Source: Ophelia neglecta (Eukaryota). From it: a DNA stretch of 64,000 nt. The notes beneath the pieces are model-generated. The model was not told the origin of the DNA, made no database searches, and worked only from the letters and a program-made list of their open reading frames with translations. Shown here one piece after another: positions 12,200 through 25,649 of this stretch (positions are counted from its first letter, which is position 1; each line of letters starts with the position of its first letter). The stretch covers positions 118,234,001 through 118,298,000 of the forward strand of contig OZ260662.1 in NCBI GenBank assembly GCA_965285935.1. The letters run 5' to 3'. The translations under genes were made by a program, and so were the position numbers.

Positions 12200-15100
12200 G
12201 TACAAACAGTACAACTGTTTTGGGGACTGCATGCCGATTGAACAACGTAAATATTGTTCGAGTGCTTTTAGCTGCTGGTGCCCATGTTAATGATAGAACA
12301 AGTCAAGGATTCAAAAGTTCTTCTGGTGACGAATATGGGTGTTCCCCGCTCCACATTGCAGTCATGGTGCATGGCGAAAAGGTGGTTGAGATACTAATAA
12401 AAGCAGGTGCAGATGTCAATGATATAGTCTGTCTCGTGGATACCTCTTTAAAGTCAAACACGGTGACTGCTTATACAGTGGCCAGAGTTTTAGGTGGCAA
12501 GATAAAAGTGCCTTTTGCCATAAAAAGGATTATTTATGCTTGTGAAATTGAAGATGTAGAGATGGTGAAGCTTCTGATCAGCGATGGAGCTGATGTGAAC
12601 GCCAGGGGGTACACGAGTACGAGTATTATCGCAAGTCAGTACTCCTTAACTGGAAATGAAATGAAGAGACTCTCGCGTGAGGAAGCTTGCTTAACACCCC
12701 TGCACATTGCAGTCATGGAGCGTGAAGAAACTATTGCTGCAATGCTCATAGAAGCTGGGGCAGATGTCAATGCTAAAGTGTGTTACACATTAAAACCCGA
12801 GATTGAAAATGGTAGGACACCGTTGCATTTTGCATGTCAAAATCAAGATCTGGCGATGGTGAAGCTTCTTATTAGCAATGGAGCAGATGTGAACGCCGAG
12901 GGATGCAACAGGAAAAATGGCACCGCAAGTACAATCGCTTTGGGGATTGCAAGCCAGAAGAACAACATAGATATTGTTGGAATGCTTATAGCTGCTGGGG
13001 CTAATGTTAATGTCAAAACAAGTCACGTGTTCAATAGTTCGTTAGGTGAAGAATATTGGTTTTCTCCGCTCCACGTTGCAGTCATAAATCATGGCAAAAG
13101 GGTGGCTGGTACGCTGATAGAAGCAGGTGCAGATTTCAATGCCAAGGTCTGTCGCCTGGAAGACCGACTGTCAAACAAGGTGTCTGAAAATGGAATTGGT
13201 AAGACACCACTGCATTATGCATGTGAAAGTCAGGATGTGGATTTTGTGAAGTTTCTAATTAACAGCGGTGCTGATGTGAATATTGTGTCTGATGCACGAA
13301 AGGGTCCATATAGGACTAAAGAAGAATACGCAACGTTCGCCCTGGGTATAGCAAGCCACCACGATAACGTAACAATCGCTAAAATATTGATAGCAGCTGG
13401 CGCCCAAGTACATATCATACCCTGTAGAAGTCATACCGCAGGGGATGGAAAAGACTTTGAAAGTAACACATACACTCCGCTGCATATTGCAGTGATCGAA
13501 CGCGGGGTAAATGTGGCTAAACTGCTTATAGACCTTGGGGCTGATGTCAATGCAAAATCCCAAGAGAGATATGTGTGTAATTCATTGCGCAATGTTACGG
13601 GTAAAACACCACTCCATTATGCTTGTGAAAATGAAGACTTGAATATTGTGAAACTTCTGATTACCCATGGAGCAGACGTGGATGCTGTTTATTTTTATGA
13701 AAGTTTACATATCCCTGGTGTGATACAGTGTTCAAATGCTCTGGGCATAGCAAGTCAACACGAACACTCAGATATCGCTGAACAACTTATATTAGCCAAG
13801 GCAAACATACATGTCATGACCACTCCAGTAGTAAACAAAGTCAACAGAGTATTTTATCAAGGACATAGTTATTCTGCTCTTCATATTGCAGTCATTAAAG
13901 GAAGGAAAAATGTGGCGGGAATGCTGATAGTTTCTGGCGCGGATGTCAATGCTAAGGTATGTCCGTTGGATGGTTGGTCGCCGGAAATTGTGTTGCGAAA
14001 TGAAATTGGTAAGACACCACTGCACTTTGCTTGTCAAAATGAAGACCTAGTGATGGTGAAGCTTCTTATCACCCATGGAGCAGACGTGGATGCTGTTTCC
14101 GAGGAGACCAAACGTGTTTACTCTAGAATTAAGATGTTTGAATGTCTGCCGGCTATTCATCCAGTGCGTAGTTATAGTAAATGGCTATGTAACCCTTTGG
14201 GGATAGCTGTCCAGCGGAATAACGTAGATATTGTACATGCACTAATTACAGCAGGTGCCAATGTTAATACCATGACCTGCCAAAGGATTGATAGCAGTAA
14301 TAGATCTGACGAAAACACTTATTATTCCCCCCTGCATAGAGCAGCTATGGGTGAGAACGAAACTGTTGCTGAAATGCTCATAGCCGCTGGGGCAGATGTT
14401 AATACAAGGGTAAATACTACGATTAGAGGCAAAACGGAACTTACCGCTGGTAAAACATCCCTGCATTATGCTTGTGAAACTCAAAACAAAGACATTGTGA
14501 TGCTTTTGTTACGAAATGGAGCAGATGTGGCTGCGACATACGGGGAAAAGAAAACACCTTATCCACGTTTATCAAATGCTCTTGACATAGCTTGTCAACA
14601 TGAAAACATAGATATTATCAAAATGCTTTTATTAGCTGGCGCCCCGGCAAAATGCAAACAACGCCGAGGGGAAAATGGAAACAGGAGCAAAGGTAGCACT
14701 TACTCAAGGCTGTTGAATTTGGCAGCCAAAAAGAAATGGGGTAGTGTCATTAAAATGTCAATTGAAGCCGGGGCTGATGTTAATACAAATCTGAATGAGA
14801 GAAACAACAAAAACGTATTTAGTACACGTCCTGAATATTTTAAAACACCACTGCATTACGCTTGCGAAAGTCAAGATCCGGACCTTGTGAAATTCTTGAT
14901 CAACAATGGGGCAGATGTTAATGCCGTTATGATAGAACGTACAGAATGGAGCCATACCTCAAACGCTCTGTACATAGCAAGCATACAAAACAATATTGAA
15001 CTTGTAGAACTGCTATTGAGCGCTGGTGCCAAAGTAAATGGACATGCTGACCATGTGCGCAGTTGGACACCACTATTCTACGCTTGCGAAAATCATAATG

Positions 15101-15957
15101 CTGACATGATGAAAATCTTACTAGAAAATGGGATTGATGTTAATATGGAAGACAGGCAAGGCAGAACTGCACAAGTCATGCTATATGATCGATATGAAAA
15201 ATATCTAAGGCGAGGAAGACATTGCAATGATTTAAAAAGAAAACCCAATATATCGCTACACCGTCTGCTTGTAAGACATGGGGCTGATATAAACATTCGA
15301 GGGCACAACGGGAAATCTGCGTTTGATTTAATGTTAGAGCACGAGACTGGAGATGGCATGAGGAAACTTTGTGGATTAGAAATCAAATTCCCCGACGAAG
15401 ATGTAAGATATTCTGATAAGTGGAAGACACAAAATGTCGTCTTATGTTTACAAGCTGGCTGGAAGCACAAATGTACGTTAGCCGAACTAACTGCGTATAT
15501 CGAACAACATTTAAGTGGAAGGTTATTCCAAGCATATTCCGATTTTAGAGCCGGTATCGGTAACCCTCTCTCCTCATCGGAAATGCGCCGATTTAATAAG
15601 CACCAAGTAGACATGGTCCAGTCACTTGTACTGCTTACTACTCTGGCCACCAGAAGGCGCATTGCGATTTTAGTGACAGACCATTCTATAGTCCCAAAGA
15701 TAAATGAAATAAAGGAGGAACTTCCGAAGTGTTTGGTCGACATGCTGATGGCTGAGTGCGAAACACGTTATTTGTTACATGAACTCAAACGAATTCGACC
15801 ATTATCATCTTCTTCTTCATCTTTGTCCTCAACCCCATCCATCTCCTCCTCCTCCTCCTCCTCCTCCTCCTCCTCCTCCTCCTCCTCCTCCTCCTCCTCC
15901 TCCTCCTCCTCCTCCTCCTCCTCCTCCTCTTCCTCGGAAATGAAATTGGGAAGTTAA
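12200..15957 (+). CDS. Giant exon of ankyrin-repeat and SOCS-box-like protein (gene 2; ~1300 aa if joined to the first exon)
   Basis: 1245-aa open frame with ~20 ankyrin repeats; acceptor attttgcag|GT at 12199/12200 with an in-frame TAA just upstream (the listed start is TTG, not Met); stop at 15957; AATAAA signals at ~16331, ~16661 and ~16702. Confidence 0.92.
15613..15750 (+). other. Divergent SOCS box (Elongin BC / Cullin-binding motif)
   Basis: MVQSLVLLTTLATRRRIAILVTDHSIVPKINEIKEELPKCLVDML fits V-x-SL-xx-L-xxx-A-x-R ... I-xx-(L)-x-LP-xx-L-x-D-x-L; the usual BC-box Cys is absent. Confidence 0.6.
15844..15927 (+). repeat. (TCC)28 coding microsatellite, poly-Ser tail
   Basis: Pure TCC run in frame just before the stop codon. 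Confidence 0.97.
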
Positions 15958-16845
15958 CTTGAACGATAGCATTTTACAATTTCTGGGATGGGTAAAAAAC
16001 AAATATTACAGATAAATTATATTATATTGCATAGGTATTAACGATATAATGGATGAGATATTGTGAAAACAATACGATGGAAATATTGCCTTAAGTGTGA
16101 AAAGTATACACTAAGTATATAAATAATGAATATGTCAGCATTGAGTGCGTTATTTGTTTTATGCTCATGGTGAAAAATAACGATAAATACATTTTGTAAT
16201 GGTGCTTATAATACTCAATATGCTAATGTCAGTGTATGTTTTATAAAATTGACATTGTACATTATCATATAATATTTAAAAGAGCTGAAAGAAACTACTC
16301 TTTTGACAGAAAGACATAGCGGGCTTATACAATAAAATACCCAAATTTACTCAAACCTTTTCATAATTTTGATGAATCTTTGAAATGTAATGTAAGGAAT
16401 GATTTACAATGTCAAACATATCTCGAGAAGTTTGAAGTGACTATGCATTCATAATGTGCCTGATAATTGTAAACAGATATTGGTTAAGTGCATGAATTTA
16501 TCAACAGCCATTTACAGATTCGAAAATTTTTGTGCAAAATCACATTAAGAACACATGAAAAACAATACGAGTGCTTCTATTTGGTTTACTGAAGAGATTC
16601 CCTTTATTGCGTGGGTCCATTTTATATACAGCTGTGATATTGGTATAGCCTTCTTCTGCAAATAAACTGTTCTTTTATAATATGTCTTCATGCAAGAAAA
16701 CAATAAAATAAATATACTATTATTAGTGTTTTAATTTTCACTAATTTATTATTGTCCATTAAGATTATCGCATACTTGACATTTCAATGTTTTAACTATT
16801 TTAACAGGGTATTTATGTAATTTGCTAATTTATTGCTATGTGATA

Positions 16846-17240
16846 ATTCTCCTAATGTAGGCGTTAATACATACATCAAGTCAATTAATAATACGTATTT
16901 CATAGCAGAAGCGATTAAGTATTTGTTTGTTCTATGACTCGTCGGTACTTGTACGATAGATAGTATCAAATTATTAAAAAGGAAGGTAGTCTTCTGGAAT
17001 AGCATTTGCTGCTAGAGTAACACGCGATGTCATCACCATCATGCTATAGACTTTTTCTCCCAATGTAGGCGTTGATATATATATGAAGTCAATTAATAAT
17101 ACGGATTTCATGGCAGAAGCGATTGCTTATTTGTTTGCTGCTTTTTTGTGCAAGATAGTTTTAGTATTATAAAAAAAAGGAAGCTAGTCTACTATAATTG
17201 CTCATGCTGCGAGAGTAATACCCGATGTCATCACCATTAC
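16846..17240. repeat. ~210-bp tandem duplication (2 diverged copies)
   Basis: tctcc.aatgtaggcgtt...aagtcaattaataatacg.atttcat.gcagaagcgatt and gagtaa.ac.cgatgtcatcaccat each occur twice, ~200-210 bp apart. Confidence 0.85.
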
Positions 17241-20200
17241 CCGGAAGTAACAACTGCGCTTGGGTACATCCTGAGTTTGGACGCACCTCTAGTAACACTA
17301 GTAACAAGAGATACTCCCGTAAGCTCGCCCACCCAGCAGCAACAAACCATACCGCAGGTCTAGTGTCTCACCCACTCAACCAATCATGCTACACATGTGC
17401 TATAATATTTGCTACATGGATTTGAGAAGTGGGCTGATTAGAGCAGTACGCTAAAGGCCTTATCTATCGGTAGGGATTAAAGGGTCTTGCCCCTTGGACG
17501 ATCCGGTTATTAGGGAGAAGGGCGTTATCGCAAAGATGACACGGTAAAACTACGTTGGTTTGTGTTTTTACTTGGCAATAAATTTATTTTTATTATGTAA
17601 CTTATTTTTATTTTTTTGAAGGTTGTCTGTAGGTGAGTGACATCAGTAAGCTATGGTTAGAAGAGAGTTATCCTTTGATTGGCCAGGATGTCCATTATTG
17701 CTTCGCAGTTTTTTCGGGTTAAGGTTTGATTAGTGGATAGCATTTGCTACTTGTTTGCTGAGCAAGTACCAACAGTTTTGTTATAAATAGATGCTAACGA
17801 CATTGATGTGTTATAATGTAAACTGCCCAGGGAAGGAATTTTTTTCTGAATTTGGTGCTAAATAATATCGCCAAGTCGTGAGTAGCCCGAAAAAGTATTG
17901 AAGTGTATTAGGTCAATGATAGGAGGGGAAATGCCTTTATTTCGCAATGAAGTAAATACTGTGGGTCGGTATCGTTCCAGGGCAAGGCGAGTTGCTGGTG
18001 GATTCTGTAAAATGGTCTTCTGTGAAATACATGAAAAGCAGTAAGCCTATGCATTCGGAAACCGACAGAAGTTTCGGGGAACAAAATCGCAATTCAGTCT
18101 TCTGAACTTTTCGGCGAAAAAACACCATAATTTTTACGCCCACTGAACAGTTGTTCGAACATGCTTGATAACTTTGAAATCATTGCTTGACCTGCCTGCT
18201 GACAAGGTGAGAAAGCTTCCAGACCCATCGATGATCTAGATGTACTACAAATGTAGACAAATGTAACATCGGCATAGACTCGGCAATTTCCCAAAATATC
18301 TCGGACTGACCAGCAGACAAACAGTATTCTCTGTTGAATATCAAGGCCTAGACGGATGAATAAAGCAACCCGTTTCTGCACTAGAGAATTCCACAAACAG
18401 TGATGTAATTGAGGACTTTGACAATGATTGCATTATGATAGTAGGATCCTTCGTATGGCTAAGCTAAAAAAACCGGGACTGGAAAGTAATTTTGGCAAGC
18501 ATTTTATATAAATGGAAATATTTGGCCACAATGGAAAGCTGCATTATGATTAGAATTATCAAAATAGTTTATTATCTAGCAAATCAGCGAGATTTTATAG
18601 TATTTATCCAACCTCGAGCATTAGAGCAAGCTGCCATATGCCTCGCGTTGGACCTGAGACTAGCAGTACCGCCTTAGTACTTATATCATTCATGGCATTT
18701 GCTTATTTCTTCGAACAGTGGTGAAATAGCCAACATCCGCAATAAATAATTATAAGATTTATATTCAACGTCAAATTAATTAACTGCGAATTTTAATTTT
18801 AATAACATCAGCCGCAGGTCCTCAAACATCTCAGTTTCAAGAATATGAGTGAAACGAAATAAAAATGAATTATATCCAATTGTACTTCTCTAACTTTAAA
18901 AATACCCAAAAATATCCGGGTATAAAAAAATATGTGCTGTTTTGATGAACTCTAATCGGCCTATACACGTCCACCATTTCGTAGGTTTTATATAGGTTGA
19001 CGACATCAGACTCATTGATTCAATTCTAAATATTTATTTGCCATAACAAGATATATGCAGAAAACTAACGTCATTAATAAGCGCAGCGTTTACGAATTTC
19101 ACAACATGAATACTGAAAAATGTTTTGCTGTTGTCCAAATGAGTTCAATAAATGCAATCATTGGAATAATTATTATATAACAATTAATTAATGATCATTT
19201 TAATTGATAATTTATATACACAATAATATAATGATGTATAATATACGATTCTTAAGTAATAAGGTATTAAAATGTCATTCCCCTATTAAAAGGGATACTA
19301 ATATATTTGTGTATGAATATCGTCGAGTTTCTTTGCTACAATTTGTTAAGATAGGTCATTGCCATTTAATAATAAGCATGGCCTTGTCTTTGCTTGTGGG
19401 CAAAATTATAAATTCAATTCATACTAGGCACTGTGCGTGTTTATTGACTCAGCAAATCGTTTATATTCTATAAAAAAAGCGCTGTTTATCTATAGTGTTA
19501 AAGGCATTGCTTATGTTTGTTTTAAAAGCTACCATTTAAGAAGGAAACAGTATGTATATGAATTTGGGAATTTATATTAACCACATTAAAGAAAAAATGT
19601 CCCGAAAGATTGGTTGTTTGTGCAGTGTAATAATTGTGCGTAGTATATCTGATGGGTTTATTTAATGCTCCATTTCTTCTGTTATTAGTACATGCGAATC
19701 GTGAATGTACTTACAATATGTTTTTTGTTGTTTTACTTTTATAATTTTTATCGGGTGACAACCAAATATTTTAATTATGATATAATTATGTTATCAACAT
19801 TATCGGGCAAACTCGAGTTATAGCACGAAATGAGACAGTAGAATACACAACACATAATCGACGTAACAAAAGTGTTGTAAAGGATATACAATTCAAAAGC
19901 CATTAGCCCTAATGCTAAGTTAGTGACATATCAGTACTAAACCAACATCATTATATACACCCAGGTTACCGTCGGTAATGGTCATTAGTTCGTGAGGCCA
20001 GAAAGTGAAGTATTAATAATAATGATGTCATATGATACGATGCGTTTTTGATGGCAGGAAGTTTTCATAGTGTTCTTTTAAGAACTGTCAGTCAAACAGC
20101 ATGACATCCACTTGAACTCGTCTTCTACATCAATTCTTCTTCCGAATTCGTCTCTCAGTTTTTTTTTACAACCCTCACTGCGTTTGTCGTCATTCAGGCT

Positions 20201-23200
20201 GTTATGGAGAACAAAACCCTAATTTCCAACGGTGATAATTAAAAAAAAAGTGGCTTTATTTTAATCTCTCTTCTACTGAATATAATTCGGCCATGCAGGT
20301 AGCCCACGATATTTATGTTCAGAAAAGTTGCTCAGATCTTCGCCATATCGCAAGAACACCCGGCTTACGTACCTTAGTATGAGCCTCGGTGAAGCTATCG
20401 TCTGTGTTTATTAATAATGTGAGATAAATATTAGGTAAACGCTTGCATGTGACACAAACAAAAAGCTGTTTTATCCATTGTTCGTATGCGATGAATTTCA
20501 AGGTCATTCTCTGGGGTCCCCCCCCCCCTCAAGGGTTTCATTATCTACAGGAATGACCGTGTCTGATGTTATCCAGTAGGAGATTGATGGATGGATGTAT
20601 TATGCTTCTTCATTGTGGGTTCCCTTAAAAACAAAACAAATAACAATACAAAAAGCGTATACATCAGTGAATGAAGCGCTTTCAATCAAAATGTGTATGC
20701 AAGTTGCCGACTTTTTCTTCTTTTTTATTATGATATTCACCCTAGCTAGGGTTGTTTCATCAGAGACTTTTTTACATGTGCCCTAGACCAGCTTAATTAC
20801 TGCAGATGTCGCCGTGGATCCGCTTTATGAAGGCATTACTGTGCGACCAACGTAGTGATTTGGCACCGTTGAAAGAGTCATTATGAATAGTTATCAGGGC
20901 AAAATATTATTGTCTCGGCAAAACGTACATATTCTGAAATCACTCTTTTATAGAAATATTTTCTGAATTTTTTTGCTTTTAAAACTTGAGGAAAGGAATA
21001 ACCTGTTGAAGCCAAAGCCCATGTTGAATTGTCTTGCCCCCCCCCCCCCCCCCCCAGACATTTGTCCCAAACCTTGTGCATTGGCTATTGTGTATAATTC
21101 TTCCTGCAGAAAGTGGAATTATGTTGCAGTTGGCAATATGTATGGTTGGCTATTCACTCTACAAGACCGATACATTTGGTGGGATTGACATATACTTATG
21201 TACCTGATGCACTTATCGCATCACATTATCTTTGTCAGCAAATTTACCATAGGCATGTATATCATACGGCCGGTCATCAGCCACATTCAATTAAGCAACT
21301 TAAAGTTAATCTACGGAGACGCTTTCGTTCCACTTATACAATGTGGGTATTACTCCTCGATTTTACGACATAATCGGTTTGTCATAGGGTGATCCTTTAT
21401 GACCGAAGAAATCATGTCCTTATGCCCTGTACCAAACTGGTATTGAAAGTGGCCTGTTTCTCCTTCGCAAACATCCACAGCAGGGAGGGGAAACTGAAAT
21501 GATAATACATGCACGAGACAATGAATCGAGTCACCATACTTCTTATATATAGGCTTCAGCCCCAAAATTCTAAATATATTGACCTTATTACTATTTCATA
21601 TATTATATTGTATAATATTCAAGATATACTTATTCTTGAATGTGTATACGTTGTGTTGTATTGTTTTTTTTTTTTGTAAAATGTGTACCTATTTGTTTCT
21701 ACTTGGCAAGTAACATTCATTCAAATGAATAAGCTAATTTATTGGCATAATAACATGGTTTTTTGTAATTTGGGGAAGCCTTCTGTATATTGATAATGTA
21801 TAGAGACTTATTTATAATATATGTGTACGATATTAGTATCTTACAAGAGTTTAAGTCACTTAGAATAAAATATATTTTGACGTATTCCTTGTATAGCATT
21901 TATGTACATTATGTGTATACACCCTAAGAACACCCTGTGTACATTCATTATGGACCAGTCCATTATAGCAGCTATGGAATATGGATTGGGCCATTTGCCT
22001 ACCTGTGTGCAGCCAAGCGGGACAACCAAGGCATGCATTATTCCAGTCATTCCAAGCTGTAACTGCAACCATGTTAGTCAGGAACATTTCATCTCCACCA
22101 CCATCTGCATACTCAACTCAATTTGGAAACCGTGTCATGTATTTGGTTGGTCGGAGTGTATACATGAAAAAAAAGGGTATCAATGTCTATGTACTATATG
22201 CTTTTATAGTTTATTATTTAGTTTATTTCAAGTTAAAAAAAAGTCATTGCTGACTTGTATATACAACATCGTAAAATTATGTACATAAATAAAATATAGA
22301 TAAATACAATAGGCACATCTTCATTTATATAAAAATGAGCACGTACACAAATAAATCAACTACGATGATTTATAATTGGTGTCCTAAGTGAGTGGATTTA
22401 ACATACGCTCCCTCTCCTCAAACATTGCATTTAGCATTTAGAAAGAGTTGTTATCACATATTTTTCCTTAGATGACAGAATGGCAACCAAACGTTGCTCA
22501 TCCTCCATGTTACTTAAGTTTGGTATTACACTATGTATTAAGGATAGAAAAGTCTGTTACACGGTATCAAGTTTTACATATTTTAAAGAAAATGCTTTTT
22601 ATCCTCAATACCCAAGCGGTATAGACGACATATTCGAAGTTCTGGAGGCTTTTTTGGTTTAGTATAACGACCCTTTTCAATTTCCAGGTCGTGGCTACTC
22701 AGTCTTATATATTTGGTGTGAAAAACAGTTTATCTCACCTGAGTGACTTATGTTTAAATTAATTTGGAATCACAAATATGTTTGGATATGCATTGTAATC
22801 AGGGTTATTATAGTTGGTGGGTAAGGATCCCCCCCCCCTTGTGTATTCATGTAACATGTTATATTCGATAATATAACCTTGCTCAACACTACAGGCGAAG
22901 TTGTTTCAATTTGAATGGACAAATGAACTTCGTCAATCGTGGACATATAAAATATAGAAATAATGTTTATCTTTAGGCCATTACACTTTCGAGCATTTCA
23001 GAAAGCACATACTAATTTTTTCAAATCTAATTTGGTGTTCTTGTTTTCAGATATAGGTCTTTTTTTGAACATTATAACACAAGATCTTCAGTTCAGTAGG
23101 GAAGAATCCGTTTTTAATCGAAAGTTTCACCACATGTGTAAGTGGGGGGGACGAAAAGATTGGCTGATTGTTAGATTTCATTTGAACAAAGATGTCCCAA

Positions 23201-24779
23201 CCAAACTATAAGACCTAAGACGAATTACAATGGTTAGAATTTCGTTTGTAGTAACAGCGTTTGGAAATAAACTTTGGTTGTACTTAGTACAGGAGCTTTT
23301 ATATTTTGAAATTGCCTAGGTCAGAGTCGAACCTATACAAAATGATTGAAACCAAAGGGGCAAATAATACATTTACCATTCAGAACTGGACTATATTTTA
23401 AATATCTTTTAGCATCTGATATGATCTGTGAACTTTGTCTTGGGAAAACAAAATAATTTCGTGTTTAAAAAAAATCGAATCTCTACACTGATATTGCTGG
23501 ATGTTTAATCAATTATTTGAGGCATGAGGTTGACTACTTTTTTTCTATTTTTGTAAATGGATCTCTGCTCAGACAGATAAAAACAATCATTAATACGAGA
23601 TGTGAAATGTTTCTAGGAAATCGAGTATGAAATTATTACAATCAATTACGCAATCTCATTTTAAAATATCTAATATTATTTTACACGCATTTAAACTATT
23701 TTAAATTTACCCCGGATTTTGACCACACCGAGTGAAATCTCAAGAATATGTTCAAAGTCTAAACAAAAGACAAGGAAGCGGCCAGAATTATCAGTAACAC
23801 GACTACCACCAAGGGTATAGACGTGGGAATTGATCTAAAAATTTCCTGTAATTGTCGCAGGTGTAGCGACTCTGGTTGACTATATTTATAGCCAGAACCA
23901 AGGAGCGAAAAAACATTAAATTAACAAAGTCGCTGGTAGGGACATGACTACCAGGTAAAGCAGCCAGAGTCGCTCCCATTATTTCATTATATCCAAGAAG
24001 TCAGTGCTAAGAGGGCAACACACCCCTCCCACCACAATATTACCTTTTTTCATTATCCTGTTTATTAATTTCTATAGCAAAACCGTCCATTGTGTCATTA
24101 CATACATTCATATCGTCTCTCATTGTTAATGCTAATTTTATTCTCCAAAAAAAATGAAAATTCCCAGCTCTTCTGTTACTTTCATGTTTGTCTCATTCAA
24201 CGTATCCCTGTAATCCAAACCAATTGGCATTTTATCCATAAGCAATGTTACTGTTACTGGTTTTTATAGAATACGAGGCTGAAACAAATGCTGTACACAA
24301 TAATTGCAACTGACCATCACTCATAAAAGCGGTCATAAATAAACAGTTTGATTCATTAAGTGGTCAATTATTATTATTATTATAATAATTAATACCAAAA
24401 TGTTGTATAGATTAAGCACCGGCACAGGGATTATGCCTGAGCAAGTGTCGGGAACACGACCAAATGATTCCTAAGACAAATATAAATCCAGATACCAAAA
24501 ACAGGGGAAACGCACAAAATTATAACCAAGGAATCAGCATAATGTAAACATATGTATATAGATTTCACTCCTATTGGCTAACTTTGATTTATTAAAATCG
24601 TGAGAACGGCTGAGCAAAGAAGAAAACTTATGCCAATGTTGGTTTAAACAGATTTATTTACAACGTGATTTTTACAATAACAACATATTCATTGAAGTTG
24701 AAAGTTTGTCAATGCAGCACCCATTGCCTTTTTGAAAAGGCAAGTAGGTACTGGATCACGTTATCATGTGGATTATGGT

Positions 24780-24960
24780 GTTTTCAAAAGCGTCTGCATA
24801 GATCATCCTCTGATGCCGTGCTAAACGTGTCCAAAAGACACAGAGCAACGTGGATCCATGTAAGCATTAATCGGTGACTTCTTTTGGCTTTTGAAAATCT
24901 GTCAGCAAGAGCCTGAGCTGAATCATGTGCCGGAAGAGGTTGAGAATCAATGTTAAAGAT
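24780..24960 (-). mobile_element. Fragment of a CR1/L2-group LINE ORF2 (region upstream of the RT domain)
   Basis: Minus-strand translation QPLPAHDSAQALADRFS...LDTFSTASEDDL resembles the LPxHDSxxxLAxRF...LxxFxxxSxDE(L/V) motif of these LINEs; short and degenerate. Confidence 0.5.
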
Positions 24961-25649
24961 GGCCAGGTGAGTGATAGCAGAGTTAGGAAATGGTAATTGT
25001 CAGCACGCATGCCAATATTACTGCGGTAAGATTGAGCATTAAGAACATCAAATTTAAATGGCGAATTTGAGATATTTTGGTTTTGTAAATGGTTCGTTTA
25101 GGGAGGACCGCAGACTCCTTGTTCATCTGGGTTGTTATTTATTACTGATTTGACCTTCGATATGATTGTGGTCATTGAAACATATTGAAGAGAAATTTTT
25201 TTTTTTTATTTCAACTCGATTTCGATTAACACTGATGGCTCTTTTTGTTCAGTACGAGGTATTATCCTGCGAGCACTAAGACTTGTGGGAACAATGAGTA
25301 AAACATTTGTCCTGCCAGTGAGTGCTACCAACTCTGATCTCGTATACACAAGGGGACCGGCATTGCATATTGGCCCAGGCACATAATTAAAATTGTTAAG
25401 TAGGCCAATGCTGATTGAATTTCGTGCACAATACTAAAGGCTGATGGTTAAATGAGATGCACAGAATGACAGTTGGACAAGGCAAGCGGTGACTCGGCCA
25501 CAAGGCCAGCACAGCTGTACCAGTCCAACCGCTGGGGTGTCAGAATACTTTTATAATTACTTTTAGGGTTGGTTAACATCAGTGATAGGACAACGGACGC
25601 AGAAAACACTAAGATTCATATATCAGATATTCCTATAGCTAGCTCCTAC

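Noticed and set aside
17235-17640. Promoter or first exon (CCGGAAGT, CCAAT, GC-richer patch, AG|GTGAGT at ~17632)
   Set aside because: The motifs are short and no downstream coding exons could be linked.
21037-21055. Poly-C runs (also ~20518 and ~22829; poly-G ~47973)
   Set aside because: Simple homopolymers with no associated structure.
17937-22288. Assorted 60-128-aa ORFs (e.g. 18094..18396, 21902..22288) and a protein-like minus-strand stretch at ~20050-20195
   Set aside because: No recognisable domains or consistent splice structure; lengths are compatible with chance or unidentifiable decayed repeats.
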